32,000 nucleotides of DNA, taken from positions 480,001-512,000 of the forward strand of contig NZ_CP025989.1 of assembly GCF_003072485.1 (NCBI RefSeq), in the 5' to 3' direction. Made by a program: the position numbers and the translations under genes. The notes beneath the pieces are model-generated. The model worked only from the letters and a program-made list of their open reading frames with translations, searched no databases and was not told the DNA's origin. Positions within the stretch are counted from its first letter, which is position 1. Every line of letters starts with the position of its first letter. This DNA is from Candidatus Fokinia solitaria (GTDB lineage Bacteria > Pseudomonadota > Alphaproteobacteria > Rickettsiales > Midichloriaceae). Of the stretch, positions 1-8,083 are shown one piece after another.

Positions 1-108
1 GACTCTTAAAAGGCAAGAAACGAATGTAACGAGTCATTAAAACAAGAAGAACACATACATAACTTAGCCATCAAACATAAATAAAAGCAGCCTAAAAGAT
101 ATACTTCG

Positions 109-183
109 TGGTGCCAAAGATAGGAATTGAACCTACGACCTACTGATTACGAATCAGTTGCACTACCACTGTGCTACTTTGGC
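109..183 (-). tRNA. tRNA-Thr (anticodon CGU), 3' CCA encoded
   Basis: The reverse complement of 109-183 folds by hand into a cloverleaf. Acceptor stem GCCAAAG/CUUUGGC; D stem GCAC/GUGC; anticodon stem ACUGA/UCAGU with loop UUCGUAA (anticodon CGU); variable loop AGGUC; T stem GUAGG/CCUAU with loop UUCAAUU; discriminator A followed by CCA. Length 75 nt. Confidence 0.85.
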
Positions 184-184
184 A

Positions 185-934
185 CTAATCTCTCCTTCCG
201 CTTACAAATCTAAGAAGCTGCAGCACATTAATGAAGAGATTGATGAAATCCATATATAACGTCATAGCACCATAAACTGCAACTTTTTCCGTCATCGCAG
301 AATCTTCTCCTCCAAGTACATAGTATGTATCTCTTACTCTTTGAGTGTCGTATGCTATCATGATAGTGAATACTAACACACCGACAGCAGATAAAACATA
401 GTACATCGCAGAGCTTTGTAAAAAGATGTTTATGACAGATGCAATTACCATTCCAATTAATCCCATTACTGCAAACGAACCGATACCGGAAAGATCACTC
501 TTCGTAGTATATCCGTATATACTCATTCCTCCAAACATTCCAGTAGTGATGATAGCTGCGCGCATCGCTAAATCAACGCCGGAGGCAATGCTAATTATTG
601 AGACAGAAACTCCTATAGAAGCTGCTAATAGCCACAACATAGTACGCACCTGAGAATGCGACATTGTCATAAATTTCGCGCTACTATACCAACCTATTGC
701 GAGAGGAGCAAACATAAACACCATATAAAGTGGAGTGCCAAACAGCAACCGCTGCAAAGGCGGAAGCAACATGATGAGAAAAGCAACAAAAGCCGTGATC
801 CCTAAAGAAATAGCCATATCGCGATATACCTTTATCATATATGCGCGCAATCCTACATCATAAGTGACAGAACTTGCATGAGAGCTTCTAGCATTCTCTA
901 CATTTGCATAGTAGCGCTTTTCATAACGACTCAT
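185..934 (-). CDS. Bax-inhibitor-1/YccA family integral membrane protein
   Basis: 249-aa ORF, hydrophobic along almost its whole length with about 7 helices. The N-terminal stretch DVGLRAYMIKVYRDMAISLGITAFVAF matches the conserved DxGLRxYMxxVY lead-in of BI-1/YccA (UPF0005) proteins. The charged C-terminus is typical of the family. Confidence 0.8.
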   Translation of the reverse strand: MSRYEKRYYANVENARSSHASSVTYDVGLRAYMIKVYRDMAISLGITAFVAFLIMLLPPLQRLLFGTPLYMVFMFAPLAIGWYSSAKFMTMSHSQVRTMLWLLAASIGVSVSIISIASGVDLAMRAAIITTGMFGGMSIYGYTTKSDLSGIGSFAVMGLIGMVIASVINIFLQSSAMYYVLSAVGVLVFTIMIAYDTQRVRDTYYVLGGEDSAMTEKVAVYGAMTLYMDFINLFINVLQLLRFVSGRRD

Positions 935-1147
935 TGTTTTGGCAAAAATATTAAATGTTTTTACAAGTTGATGTTAACATATTACATACAGGAAAAAAAG
1001 AAGATTAGACAATTTAGATCGATAAATCTCATTCATCATCGAAAATCAACATAACATACATTTGTATTTCATGAGATTAACTTCTGAATGTAGAAAATAC
1101 TTATACGTTCATATATACATAAAGTGGAGGAATTCAAAAAGCGCTTA

Positions 1148-1741
1148 ATGCACAAGATTATCAAATCCATACCGAACTTTATCACTCTGCTTCGTATACT
1201 GTTCATACCAGTTTTAGTAATGTCATTTTACATACCTGGAACAATAGGATGTTACACTGCTACTGCGATATTCATATTCGTCAGTATTACAGACTTAGTA
1301 GATGGTTACTTAGCGCGTACGCTAAAATCTCAAAGTAACTTCGGCAGAGTATTCGATCCAGTAGCGGATAAAATGTTGATCGCGGCTGTTTTATTAATGA
1401 TAGCAGAGCAAAAAATAGTGCCTACACCACTAATAGTGATAATACTATGTCGAGAGATGTTTGTATCAGGTATGAGAGAGTACTTAGCAGTGATGCACGT
1501 TGAAATATCTGTCAAACTACTCGGGAAAGTAAAGACTTGTGTACAGATGGTAGCTATAACATTTCTATTGCTTTCTAGGGAACACTTAGTGAGAGAAGAA
1601 GTTAGTATCGCAATTGGATTTGATGTATATTTTGCCGGAGAATACTTGATGTGGAGTGCGGCATTTCTGACGTTAATTTCAGGACTCGCATATCTAATGG
1701 AAGGGATGAAAAAACTGAATGAATATAATAATATTAAGTAG
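1148..1741 (+). CDS. pgsA: CDP-diacylglycerol--glycerol-3-phosphate 3-phosphatidyltransferase
   Basis: Perfect CDP-alcohol phosphatidyltransferase motif D-x2-D-G-x2-A-R-x8-G-x3-D-x3-D in DLVDGYLARTLKSQSNFGRVFDPVAD. N-terminal IPNFITLLRI as in PgsA; multi-TM protein. The start is uncertain: ATG at 1148 is chosen here, but the longest ORF starts at GTG 1124. Confidence 0.88.
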   Translation: MHKIIKSIPNFITLLRILFIPVLVMSFYIPGTIGCYTATAIFIFVSITDLVDGYLARTLKSQSNFGRVFDPVADKMLIAAVLLMIAEQKIVPTPLIVIILCREMFVSGMREYLAVMHVEISVKLLGKVKTCVQMVAITFLLLSREHLVREEVSIAIGFDVYFAGEYLMWSAAFLTLISGLAYLMEGMKKLNEYNNIK

Positions 1742-2207
1742 CAACTTCGCGCCGTCTGATGAGAGTAGTATTCGCCATTGCAAAGGGATATTGATCACTC
1801 ATGGACAAGGATGTATGAAACTCTTCTGTAAATTTAGTACTGCTACTCCAAAACGGCGCTCCTCTTTCGTTTTGTAAAATCTCCATATCTTTAAATTTCA
1901 AGTGAACGCAGATGCCACAACCTAAAGCTTTTGAATATGACTCTTTCGCTGCAAATCTTTTTGCAATATAGCTTGCAATATCTATTATTACATTTCGACC
2001 GCTCAGTTCGTCAGAATCTATTGTAAATATGAAACCTTTTCTTACATATTTCTGATATTTATTGAAAAAGCATTCTATCTCTTTCTTCGTGAAAATCCTA
2101 TTGAGAAACTTCATACCATTCTCAGAAATTATCCTCTCCACTCTGTGTATATTCACTATATCCACCCCTACTCCTATATATGAAGGTAAAAATGACACGT
2201 CTGTCAT
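1734..2207 (-). CDS. acpS: holo-[acyl-carrier-protein] synthase (4'-phosphopantetheinyl transferase)
   Basis: IGVGVDIVNIHRVERI at the N-terminus and AKRFAAKESYSKALGCGI in the core match AcpS (compare E. coli LGTDIVEIARIE and LAKRFAVKEAAAKAFGTGI). The start ATG overlaps the ackA stop (ATGA). The 3' end overlaps pgsA by 8 bp. At 157 aa it is longer than typical AcpS. Confidence 0.85.
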   Translation of the reverse strand: MTDVSFLPSYIGVGVDIVNIHRVERIISENGMKFLNRIFTKKEIECFFNKYQKYVRKGFIFTIDSDELSGRNVIIDIASYIAKRFAAKESYSKALGCGICVHLKFKDMEILQNERGAPFWSSSTKFTEEFHTSLSMSDQYPFAMANTTLIRRREVAT

Positions 2208-3364
2208 CGCCCTGTGCGAATGAAAGTTCTAATACGGTTTATTATTATGGCTTCTTCATTGACTTTTGCAATAGCGATGTGAGTTTTGCTATTATCAGAT
2301 GAAATTAAAGTTGAATTCTTTTCATTCGTCGAATCGTCCAATGAAAGTCCAAAAATAGACAATGCATCTATAATTCTTTTTCTTATATAAAATGAATTTT
2401 CACCAACGCCTCCGGAAAAAGTTAATACATCTACTCCTCCTAAAACTGTGATAAGTCCAGCAATCTCTTTTACTATTTTATAAAGAAACACCTCTATCGC
2501 AAACTTAGCGCTTTCTGCATCGCTACTCAGAAGCTTCCTCATATCATTACTAATACCAGATATAGCTTTTAATCCTGATTCTTTATTCAGAATGTAGTGC
2601 ATCTCAGTAGCAGAAATTTTGTACATCTCCTGTATAAGTAGCGGTATTGCAGGATCGACTTCTCCACATCTTGTACCCATCATACATCCTTCCACAGGCG
2701 TTGTGCCCATCGTTGTGTCAACACTTCTACCATCATTGATTGCACAAGCACTTACTCCACTACCAATATGAACAGCAACTATTCTAGAATGAACCTTATG
2801 AGGAAGTATATTAGAGATGCTTTCCATCACGCTTTCATAAGCAATACCATGAAAGCCATATTTTATCATGCCATCTTTAGTATACTGCTGTGGTATACCA
2901 TATACCCTTCTATGCATAGGGATCGTTCTGTGAAATCCAGTATCAAAGTACGCATATTGCAGTATATTAGAATGCTTTAACTTCTCCATATTTTCTAATA
3001 CATATGGCTGATGTAAAGGGCCAAATTTTACAAGATTTTTGATTTTTTGCAGCACTTCGGTATCGACAGATAATAAATCGTACATTTCGGTGCCTCCATG
3101 CAACACTCTATGACCTATTGCGATAAGCCTTGCATTATAATGTTCTTTTATATATTCAACGCAAAAATTTATTGCTTCTGTACCATTCTTAATCTCTACA
3201 TCGCGTACAGATTTATCGTCTTTTACTAAACATACAGCACTGTTTAGCAGAAAATCTACATGTATTACTACATCCGTTCCTTTACCTTTATCCAGTGGGC
3301 TCGCTGTAACTTTTAAACTGGAAGAACCACCATTAGCGACAAGAATGTAATCTACCATTATCAA
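2204..3364 (-). CDS. ackA: acetate (propionate) kinase
   Basis: Both acetate-kinase signatures are present: ILVANGGSSSLKV (N-terminal phosphate-binding motif) and IVAVHIGSGVSACAINDG. Also GHRVLHGG, GTRCGEVDP and FSGGVGENS. Confidence 0.92.
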   Translation of the reverse strand: MIMVDYILVANGGSSSLKVTASPLDKGKGTDVVIHVDFLLNSAVCLVKDDKSVRDVEIKNGTEAINFCVEYIKEHYNARLIAIGHRVLHGGTEMYDLLSVDTEVLQKIKNLVKFGPLHQPYVLENMEKLKHSNILQYAYFDTGFHRTIPMHRRVYGIPQQYTKDGMIKYGFHGIAYESVMESISNILPHKVHSRIVAVHIGSGVSACAINDGRSVDTTMGTTPVEGCMMGTRCGEVDPAIPLLIQEMYKISATEMHYILNKESGLKAISGISNDMRKLLSSDAESAKFAIEVFLYKIVKEIAGLITVLGGVDVLTFSGGVGENSFYIRKRIIDALSIFGLSLDDSTNEKNSTLISSDNSKTHIAIAKVNEEAIIINRIRTFIRTGR

Positions 3365-3405
3365 AACAAAAATGACGTATAAAACTATTATAGCGAAATT
3401 TATTT

Positions 3406-4875
3406 TTATATGTCACTTTCTTTTAATTTCTTTAATAAAAGTTCATTAATCTTAGTAGGATTTCCTTTTCCTTTAGATTTTTGCATCACTTTTCCAACAA
3501 AATATCCAAACAACTTTTCTTCACCGTTTCGATATCTATTTACTTCATTTTTGTTTTCTTCAAGCATAACGTCAATCATCTGCGTAAGCTCTTCCTCATC
3601 AGAAACTTGACTAAGATCCATCGCATCAACTACATAAGATGGTTCTTTACGATAGTACTGAGAATTAATATCGCATATTTCATTTACTACATTCTTTGCA
3701 GCACTGAATGAAATCATACCCCTCTCTATCATTATACATAACTCCGACAACATTTTCGCAGTTAAGCCTAATTCTTTCGTGGAGATTTTATACTTTTCAA
3801 TAATTCTAAATAACTCACACGTGACAATATTTGCAATACTTTGTGAAAGATGAATATGCTCCGATATTGCTTCGTCAAAATACTTCGCGATAGATGGCTC
3901 AGAAGCTATGATTGCAGCTTCAGCTTCTCTTATTTTCAATTGCGTAACATATCTCACCATCTTTTCCATAGGAAGTTCTGGAATAGTCATTTTTATCTTT
4001 TCTATAATCTCTTCCCTTATATATATCGGCATTAAATCCGGATCTTTGATATATCTGTAATCCGCTACATCTTCCTTAGAACGAATTGGTACTGTCACTC
4101 CGTTAAACAGCATCGTTTCATTTGATATCACTCCTCCGTTTTGAATAATCTCGATCTGCCTTCCAGCTTCATAATCAATCGCATCAGCTATACTTTTAGT
4201 AGAGTTCAAATTTTTTATCTCAACTCTCGTACCATACTTTTCATCTCCTTTCTTTCTCACGGAAATATTCACATCACAACGCATATCTCCGTTTTCCATG
4301 TTACCATTACAAACTTCAGTACATATTAGAATTGCTCTGAGATTTTTAAAACATTCTACTGCCTCCTTTTTAGATCTTATATCAGGCTTTGTAACAATCT
4401 CTATAAGCGCTGTACCACATCTATTAAAATCTACATATGTAGTAGAATCTCCATGTACGCATTTAGCCGCATCTTGCTCAATGTGAAGCTCATTTACTGC
4501 AATGTCTTTCTTCACACCATCTACAACAATGCTAATTTTCCCTCCTGTAACTATTTGAACGGATTGAGTAATTTGATACCCCTGCGGTAAATCAGGATAA
4601 AAGTAATGCTTTCTATCCCATGATGAAATAGTACTAACCTTTCCGTTTAGCGCCAGTCCTGCCTTTATAGCTTGCTGAATGCAATCAAAGTTTGGTATCG
4701 GTAATACGCCTGGAAGCGCTATATCATGCCAGCTTGTATTACTATTCGGCGCAACATTGGTACTACTCTCTGAAGCAGAAACAGAATCTGAAAAAAGCTT
4801 CTGCTTCGATATCAGTTGCGCATGTACTTCAAGCCCTATAACCAATTCCCAGTCACCGTACTGAAATTCTATCAT
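3406..4875 (-). CDS. gatB: Asp-tRNA(Asn)/Glu-tRNA(Gln) amidotransferase subunit B
   Basis: WELVIGLEVHAQL, DRKHYFYPDLPQGYQITQ, CDVNISVR, and the C-terminal YqeY-like tail LFGYFVGKVMQKSKGKGNP. The N-terminal region (LFSDSVSAS...WHDIALPGVLP) lacks the Cys cluster, as I recall for Rickettsia GatB. Confidence 0.95.
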   Translation of the reverse strand: MIEFQYGDWELVIGLEVHAQLISKQKLFSDSVSASESSTNVAPNSNTSWHDIALPGVLPIPNFDCIQQAIKAGLALNGKVSTISSWDRKHYFYPDLPQGYQITQSVQIVTGGKISIVVDGVKKDIAVNELHIEQDAAKCVHGDSTTYVDFNRCGTALIEIVTKPDIRSKKEAVECFKNLRAILICTEVCNGNMENGDMRCDVNISVRKKGDEKYGTRVEIKNLNSTKSIADAIDYEAGRQIEIIQNGGVISNETMLFNGVTVPIRSKEDVADYRYIKDPDLMPIYIREEIIEKIKMTIPELPMEKMVRYVTQLKIREAEAAIIASEPSIAKYFDEAISEHIHLSQSIANIVTCELFRIIEKYKISTKELGLTAKMLSELCIMIERGMISFSAAKNVVNEICDINSQYYRKEPSYVVDAMDLSQVSDEEELTQMIDVMLEENKNEVNRYRNGEEKLFGYFVGKVMQKSKGKGNPTKINELLLKKLKESDI

Positions 4876-4942
4876 CTTTGCAATAATTCTACATTTTATA
4901 TATAAGTAGTGAGTAGTGTTAAGTACAAATTCTACAAAATCA

Positions 4943-5374
4943 ATGATTTACGATACAAATTGGATCAAAAGTAAGCTACCACATAGATATCCTTTTCTAT
5001 TAGTGGATAGAATTTTAGAGATTTCTGAGAACAGTATAAGAGGATTGAAAAATTTTACTGTTAATGAATATTTCTTCTCTGGACACTTTCCTGAAAAAGC
5101 GATAGTACCTGGAGTACTTTTGGTAGAGGCAATGGCACAAGTCGCAGGAATACTGATATCTCATAAAAGTAATGATACTGAAAATCTAGGTTTCTTGGTA
5201 AATATAGAAAATGCCACATTTAAACAAATGGTTACACCTGGCGATTCAGTTGTATTAGAAGCGACAGTTGATAGATGTAGAGGTAATTTTTGGAAATTTC
5301 ACTGCTTTGCAAAGATTGAGAAGGATGACGTAGCATCTGCAAAAATCGCTCTCATGATGAGTAAAGCGCAATAA
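4943..5374 (+). CDS. fabZ: 3-hydroxyacyl-[ACP] dehydratase
   Basis: LPHRYPFLLVDRI and the hot-dog active-site region FSGHFPEKAIVPGVLLVEAMAQVAG. ATG 4943 is preferred because it leaves a 67-bp divergent spacer to gatB. The longest ORF starts at GTG 4916. Confidence 0.93.
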   Translation: MIYDTNWIKSKLPHRYPFLLVDRILEISENSIRGLKNFTVNEYFFSGHFPEKAIVPGVLLVEAMAQVAGILISHKSNDTENLGFLVNIENATFKQMVTPGDSVVLEATVDRCRGNFWKFHCFAKIEKDDVASAKIALMMSKAQ

Positions 5375-5376
5375 TA

Positions 5377-6078
5377 TCAAGATTTAGTACAACTATATAT
5401 TGCGCATATATTATTCATTACCTCACATTTTACGTCGCATCCACCGCATCTTGCTAAAGTATCTAACATCCATTCTTTTGCTATAAAGTTCGTTATGCTA
5501 TCAGCAAGATAACGGTAAGCATCATAATTATTCGCAAAGACTTTACCTAATACTGGTATGATATAACGCAAATAATGCTCATAAGTAGCCATCAAGACAG
5601 AAGATTTTTCATATCGCGGATTGAGAAATTCCATAAAGAGGATTTTACCTCCACTTTTTACTACTTTGAAGGAATTTGATACAGTATCTGCAAAATTACT
5701 ACTATTTCTTAAACCAAATGCATTTGAATAGAAGTCAAACTGTTCATCAACATTTAAATCGGTAGAATCTCCTAATTGCCACTTCATACGCTCTAATAAG
5801 CGCATCTCATCAGAATCCAACACATCTGCAAGCCCTTTCTTCAGCATATCTTGATTATTATCAATCACCAGCACTCTCTCTCCTCCTTTTCTTAAGAATC
5901 TCTTAGCTATATCTCCTGTGCCTCCTGCAACATCGATGAGAGTTTTTCCCCTTACATCGGTAAAGCACGCGATGAATTTTCTACGCCACAATCGATGAAT
6001 ACCAAGTGACATGATATCATTCATCACAGAATATCTATCACTCACATCGCTGAAGACTTTCTTTACAAAGCTTTCCAT
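5377..6078 (-). CDS. ubiE: demethylmenaquinone / ubiquinone biosynthesis C-methyltransferase
   Basis: RYSVMNDIMSLGIHRLWRRKF (UbiE hallmark YDxMNDxMSxGxHRxW), SAM motif I DVAGGTGD, then FGLRN and YRYLADSI. Confidence 0.9.
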   Translation of the reverse strand: MESFVKKVFSDVSDRYSVMNDIMSLGIHRLWRRKFIACFTDVRGKTLIDVAGGTGDIAKRFLRKGGERVLVIDNNQDMLKKGLADVLDSDEMRLLERMKWQLGDSTDLNVDEQFDFYSNAFGLRNSSNFADTVSNSFKVVKSGGKILFMEFLNPRYEKSSVLMATYEHYLRYIIPVLGKVFANNYDAYRYLADSITNFIAKEWMLDTLARCGGCDVKCEVMNNICAIYSCTKS

Positions 6079-6203
6079 CGTTTTAACGAATCATTCTTTA
6101 TTATACCTCATTACAACGGAGTAACGTACGCAATAAGTACCGTTCAGTTCAGCATATTGAGGCATACAGCTTTTGCAAATATATTTTTTTTTGTTACGAT
6201 GTG

Positions 6204-7130
6204 ATGGTGTTCAGCTCACTGCTTTATATGTCACTAAACTTAGATGCTAAAAACTCTCTCTTGATATCTGCCGTAATGGTAGGCACGTTCATGATATGCG
6301 AGTTCATTGCGAGTTCAATATCCGGTTCATTGATGTTGCTTGCTGATGCGACACATATGCTGACAGATTTATGCTCTCTTCTGATATCACTTATTTCTGA
6401 AAAAATATCGTTAAGATCAGCAGATCAGTATAGAACGTTCGGATATAGCAGAATTAAGGTAATAGCAGCTTTTGCAAACGGAATAATATTAATATGCTTA
6501 GCCGTTGCCATAATAAAGGAAGCAATATATGAAGTCATAACGCAAAAAAACGTCGAATATCTTGACGTTTCACTAATGATTACTACATCAACAATAGGAT
6601 TATCAGTCAATTGCTTTATATTTTTCATCCTTAAGAGAGCTAGCACTTTTAATTTAAATATAAAGGGCGCACTTTTTCATGTATTAGGAGATTTACTATC
6701 GTCGATAGCTGCTATTATAGGAGGATTACTGATATATTATACAAAAAATCCTATTTTTGATGCGGTAATCTCCATTGTGCTATCGATTAATATCACTGTC
6801 ATGACTATAGGGTTGTTAAAGGAATCGCTTCACATATTACTTGAAGGGAGGCCACAGCATGTACAGAATGAATGCGTAACAAATTCACTAATAAAGCACT
6901 TTCACTTAGTTGACGTTCATCATTTGCATATGTGGATGCTAAATGAAAATTATGTAATGTGCACAATGCATATTGTATTACCCTCCTCCGCGCAAGAAAC
7001 TTTTTTAGAAACAAAGCAAAATATAGTAACGGACGTGAAGGCATTTTTATTAAAACATCACAAAATACAACATGCAACTATTGAATTAGAATTGCAAGGG
7101 GAGAAATGTTCAGATACCGATGTTAGCTAA
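6204..7130 (+). CDS. cation diffusion facilitator (CzcD/ZitB-like) divalent-metal efflux transporter
   Basis: Six TM segments with the CDF metal-site motifs HMLTDL (TM2) and HVLGDLLSS (TM5). The cytoplasmic C-terminal domain carries VHHLHMWML. GTG at 6201 immediately precedes ATG at 6204. Confidence 0.85.
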   Translation: MVFSSLLYMSLNLDAKNSLLISAVMVGTFMICEFIASSISGSLMLLADATHMLTDLCSLLISLISEKISLRSADQYRTFGYSRIKVIAAFANGIILICLAVAIIKEAIYEVITQKNVEYLDVSLMITTSTIGLSVNCFIFFILKRASTFNLNIKGALFHVLGDLLSSIAAIIGGLLIYYTKNPIFDAVISIVLSINITVMTIGLLKESLHILLEGRPQHVQNECVTNSLIKHFHLVDVHHLHMWMLNENYVMCTMHIVLPSSAQETFLETKQNIVTDVKAFLLKHHKIQHATIELELQGEKCSDTDVS

Positions 7131-7135
7131 TTACC

Positions 7136-8023
7136 ATGAAAATAACATACGATCTTCCAAGTATAAAAGGAGAATATAAGTTTGATTTTGATTGTAGTAA
7201 AATATCATGGCTTCGCGTTGGAGGACGTGCTGATGTGCTATTCTCTCCATATGATGAGGAAGATTTACAACATTTTCTTCAACAAATATGCGGCAAAATA
7301 CCAATTACAATCATAGGCTTAGCTTCAAATATCTTAATAAGGGATAAAGGTATTAGAGGAGTAACAATAAGACTAGGGAAGAGATTTCGAGAAGTAACAA
7401 TGGATGATAGTACTGTCACTGTTGGATGTGCAGCTTCAGGTCTACAGCTTGCAAATTTCGGATTAGAAAATTCGATAGCAGATTTCGAATTTTTCTCAGG
7501 TATACCAGGCACTATCGGAGGCATGCTCGTCATGAATGCTGGCGCATTTGGAAATGATGTCTCAAAAATGCTAAAATCAGCTACATGTCTTAACTTAATG
7601 GGACAGAAAAAAGTGATAAACGTAGAAGAATTTGGCTATTCTTACAGAAGCAACTCTTTAAAAGAACAACATATCTTTGTCAAAGCATTATTTCATCGCA
7701 AACACGGCGCATATGAAGAGATTGCAAGAAAGATACAAGAAATCGGAAATACAAGAAAAATAACACAACCAAGCGCAAGAACTGCAGGTTCAACGTTTAA
7801 AAATCCAACAAATCATAAAGCGTGGGCTTTAATCAAAGCATGCAATACTCAGATGAGAGTTGGTAACGCGTACTTCTCTTCCCTACATTCAAATTTTATC
7901 GTCACAGAAGATGGCGCAACTGCGACAGATGTAGAAGCGCTGATATCACTTGCAAAAAATGCGGTAAAAGATAAATTCAACATAATGCTAAAAGAAGAAA
8001 TAGTTATATTAGGTGAAGAATAA
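7136..8023 (+). CDS. murB: UDP-N-acetylenolpyruvoylglucosamine reductase
   Basis: FAD-binding N-terminus WLRVGGRADVLF and GLASNILIRDKGIRG. Catalytic region YSYRSN and AGSTFKNP. Starts 5 bp after the CDF gene. Confidence 0.93.
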   Translation: MKITYDLPSIKGEYKFDFDCSKISWLRVGGRADVLFSPYDEEDLQHFLQQICGKIPITIIGLASNILIRDKGIRGVTIRLGKRFREVTMDDSTVTVGCAASGLQLANFGLENSIADFEFFSGIPGTIGGMLVMNAGAFGNDVSKMLKSATCLNLMGQKKVINVEEFGYSYRSNSLKEQHIFVKALFHRKHGAYEEIARKIQEIGNTRKITQPSARTAGSTFKNPTNHKAWALIKACNTQMRVGNAYFSSLHSNFIVTEDGATATDVEALISLAKNAVKDKFNIMLKEEIVILGEE

Positions 8024-8083
8024 TCACTGACTTGTGACGAAAGTACTCTTGCATTATCATTCTTGTAAAAACTCTTGTATCAC

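Noticed and set aside
1-183. tRNA-Thr as a possible integration hotspot or genomic-island boundary
   Set aside because: No integrase, direct repeat of the tRNA 3' end, or foreign-looking gene is visible. Only 108 nt are available on the distal side, so this cannot be evaluated further.
935-1123. Palindrome atgttaacat and an 8-bp inverted repeat (aatctcat at 1025-1032, atgagatt at 1071-1078) in the divergent BI-1/pgsA spacer
   Set aside because: The arms are short, AT-rich and separated by 38 nt. I could not find sigma-70 -35/-10 pairs with proper spacing. This is not enough to call an operator or promoter.
3406-4875. Loss of the N-terminal Cys cluster in GatB as a possible sign of a pseudogene or altered function
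   Set aside because: The ORF is full length with all other conserved blocks. As far as I recall, Rickettsia GatB also lacks these Cys residues, so this is lineage-typical and not decay.
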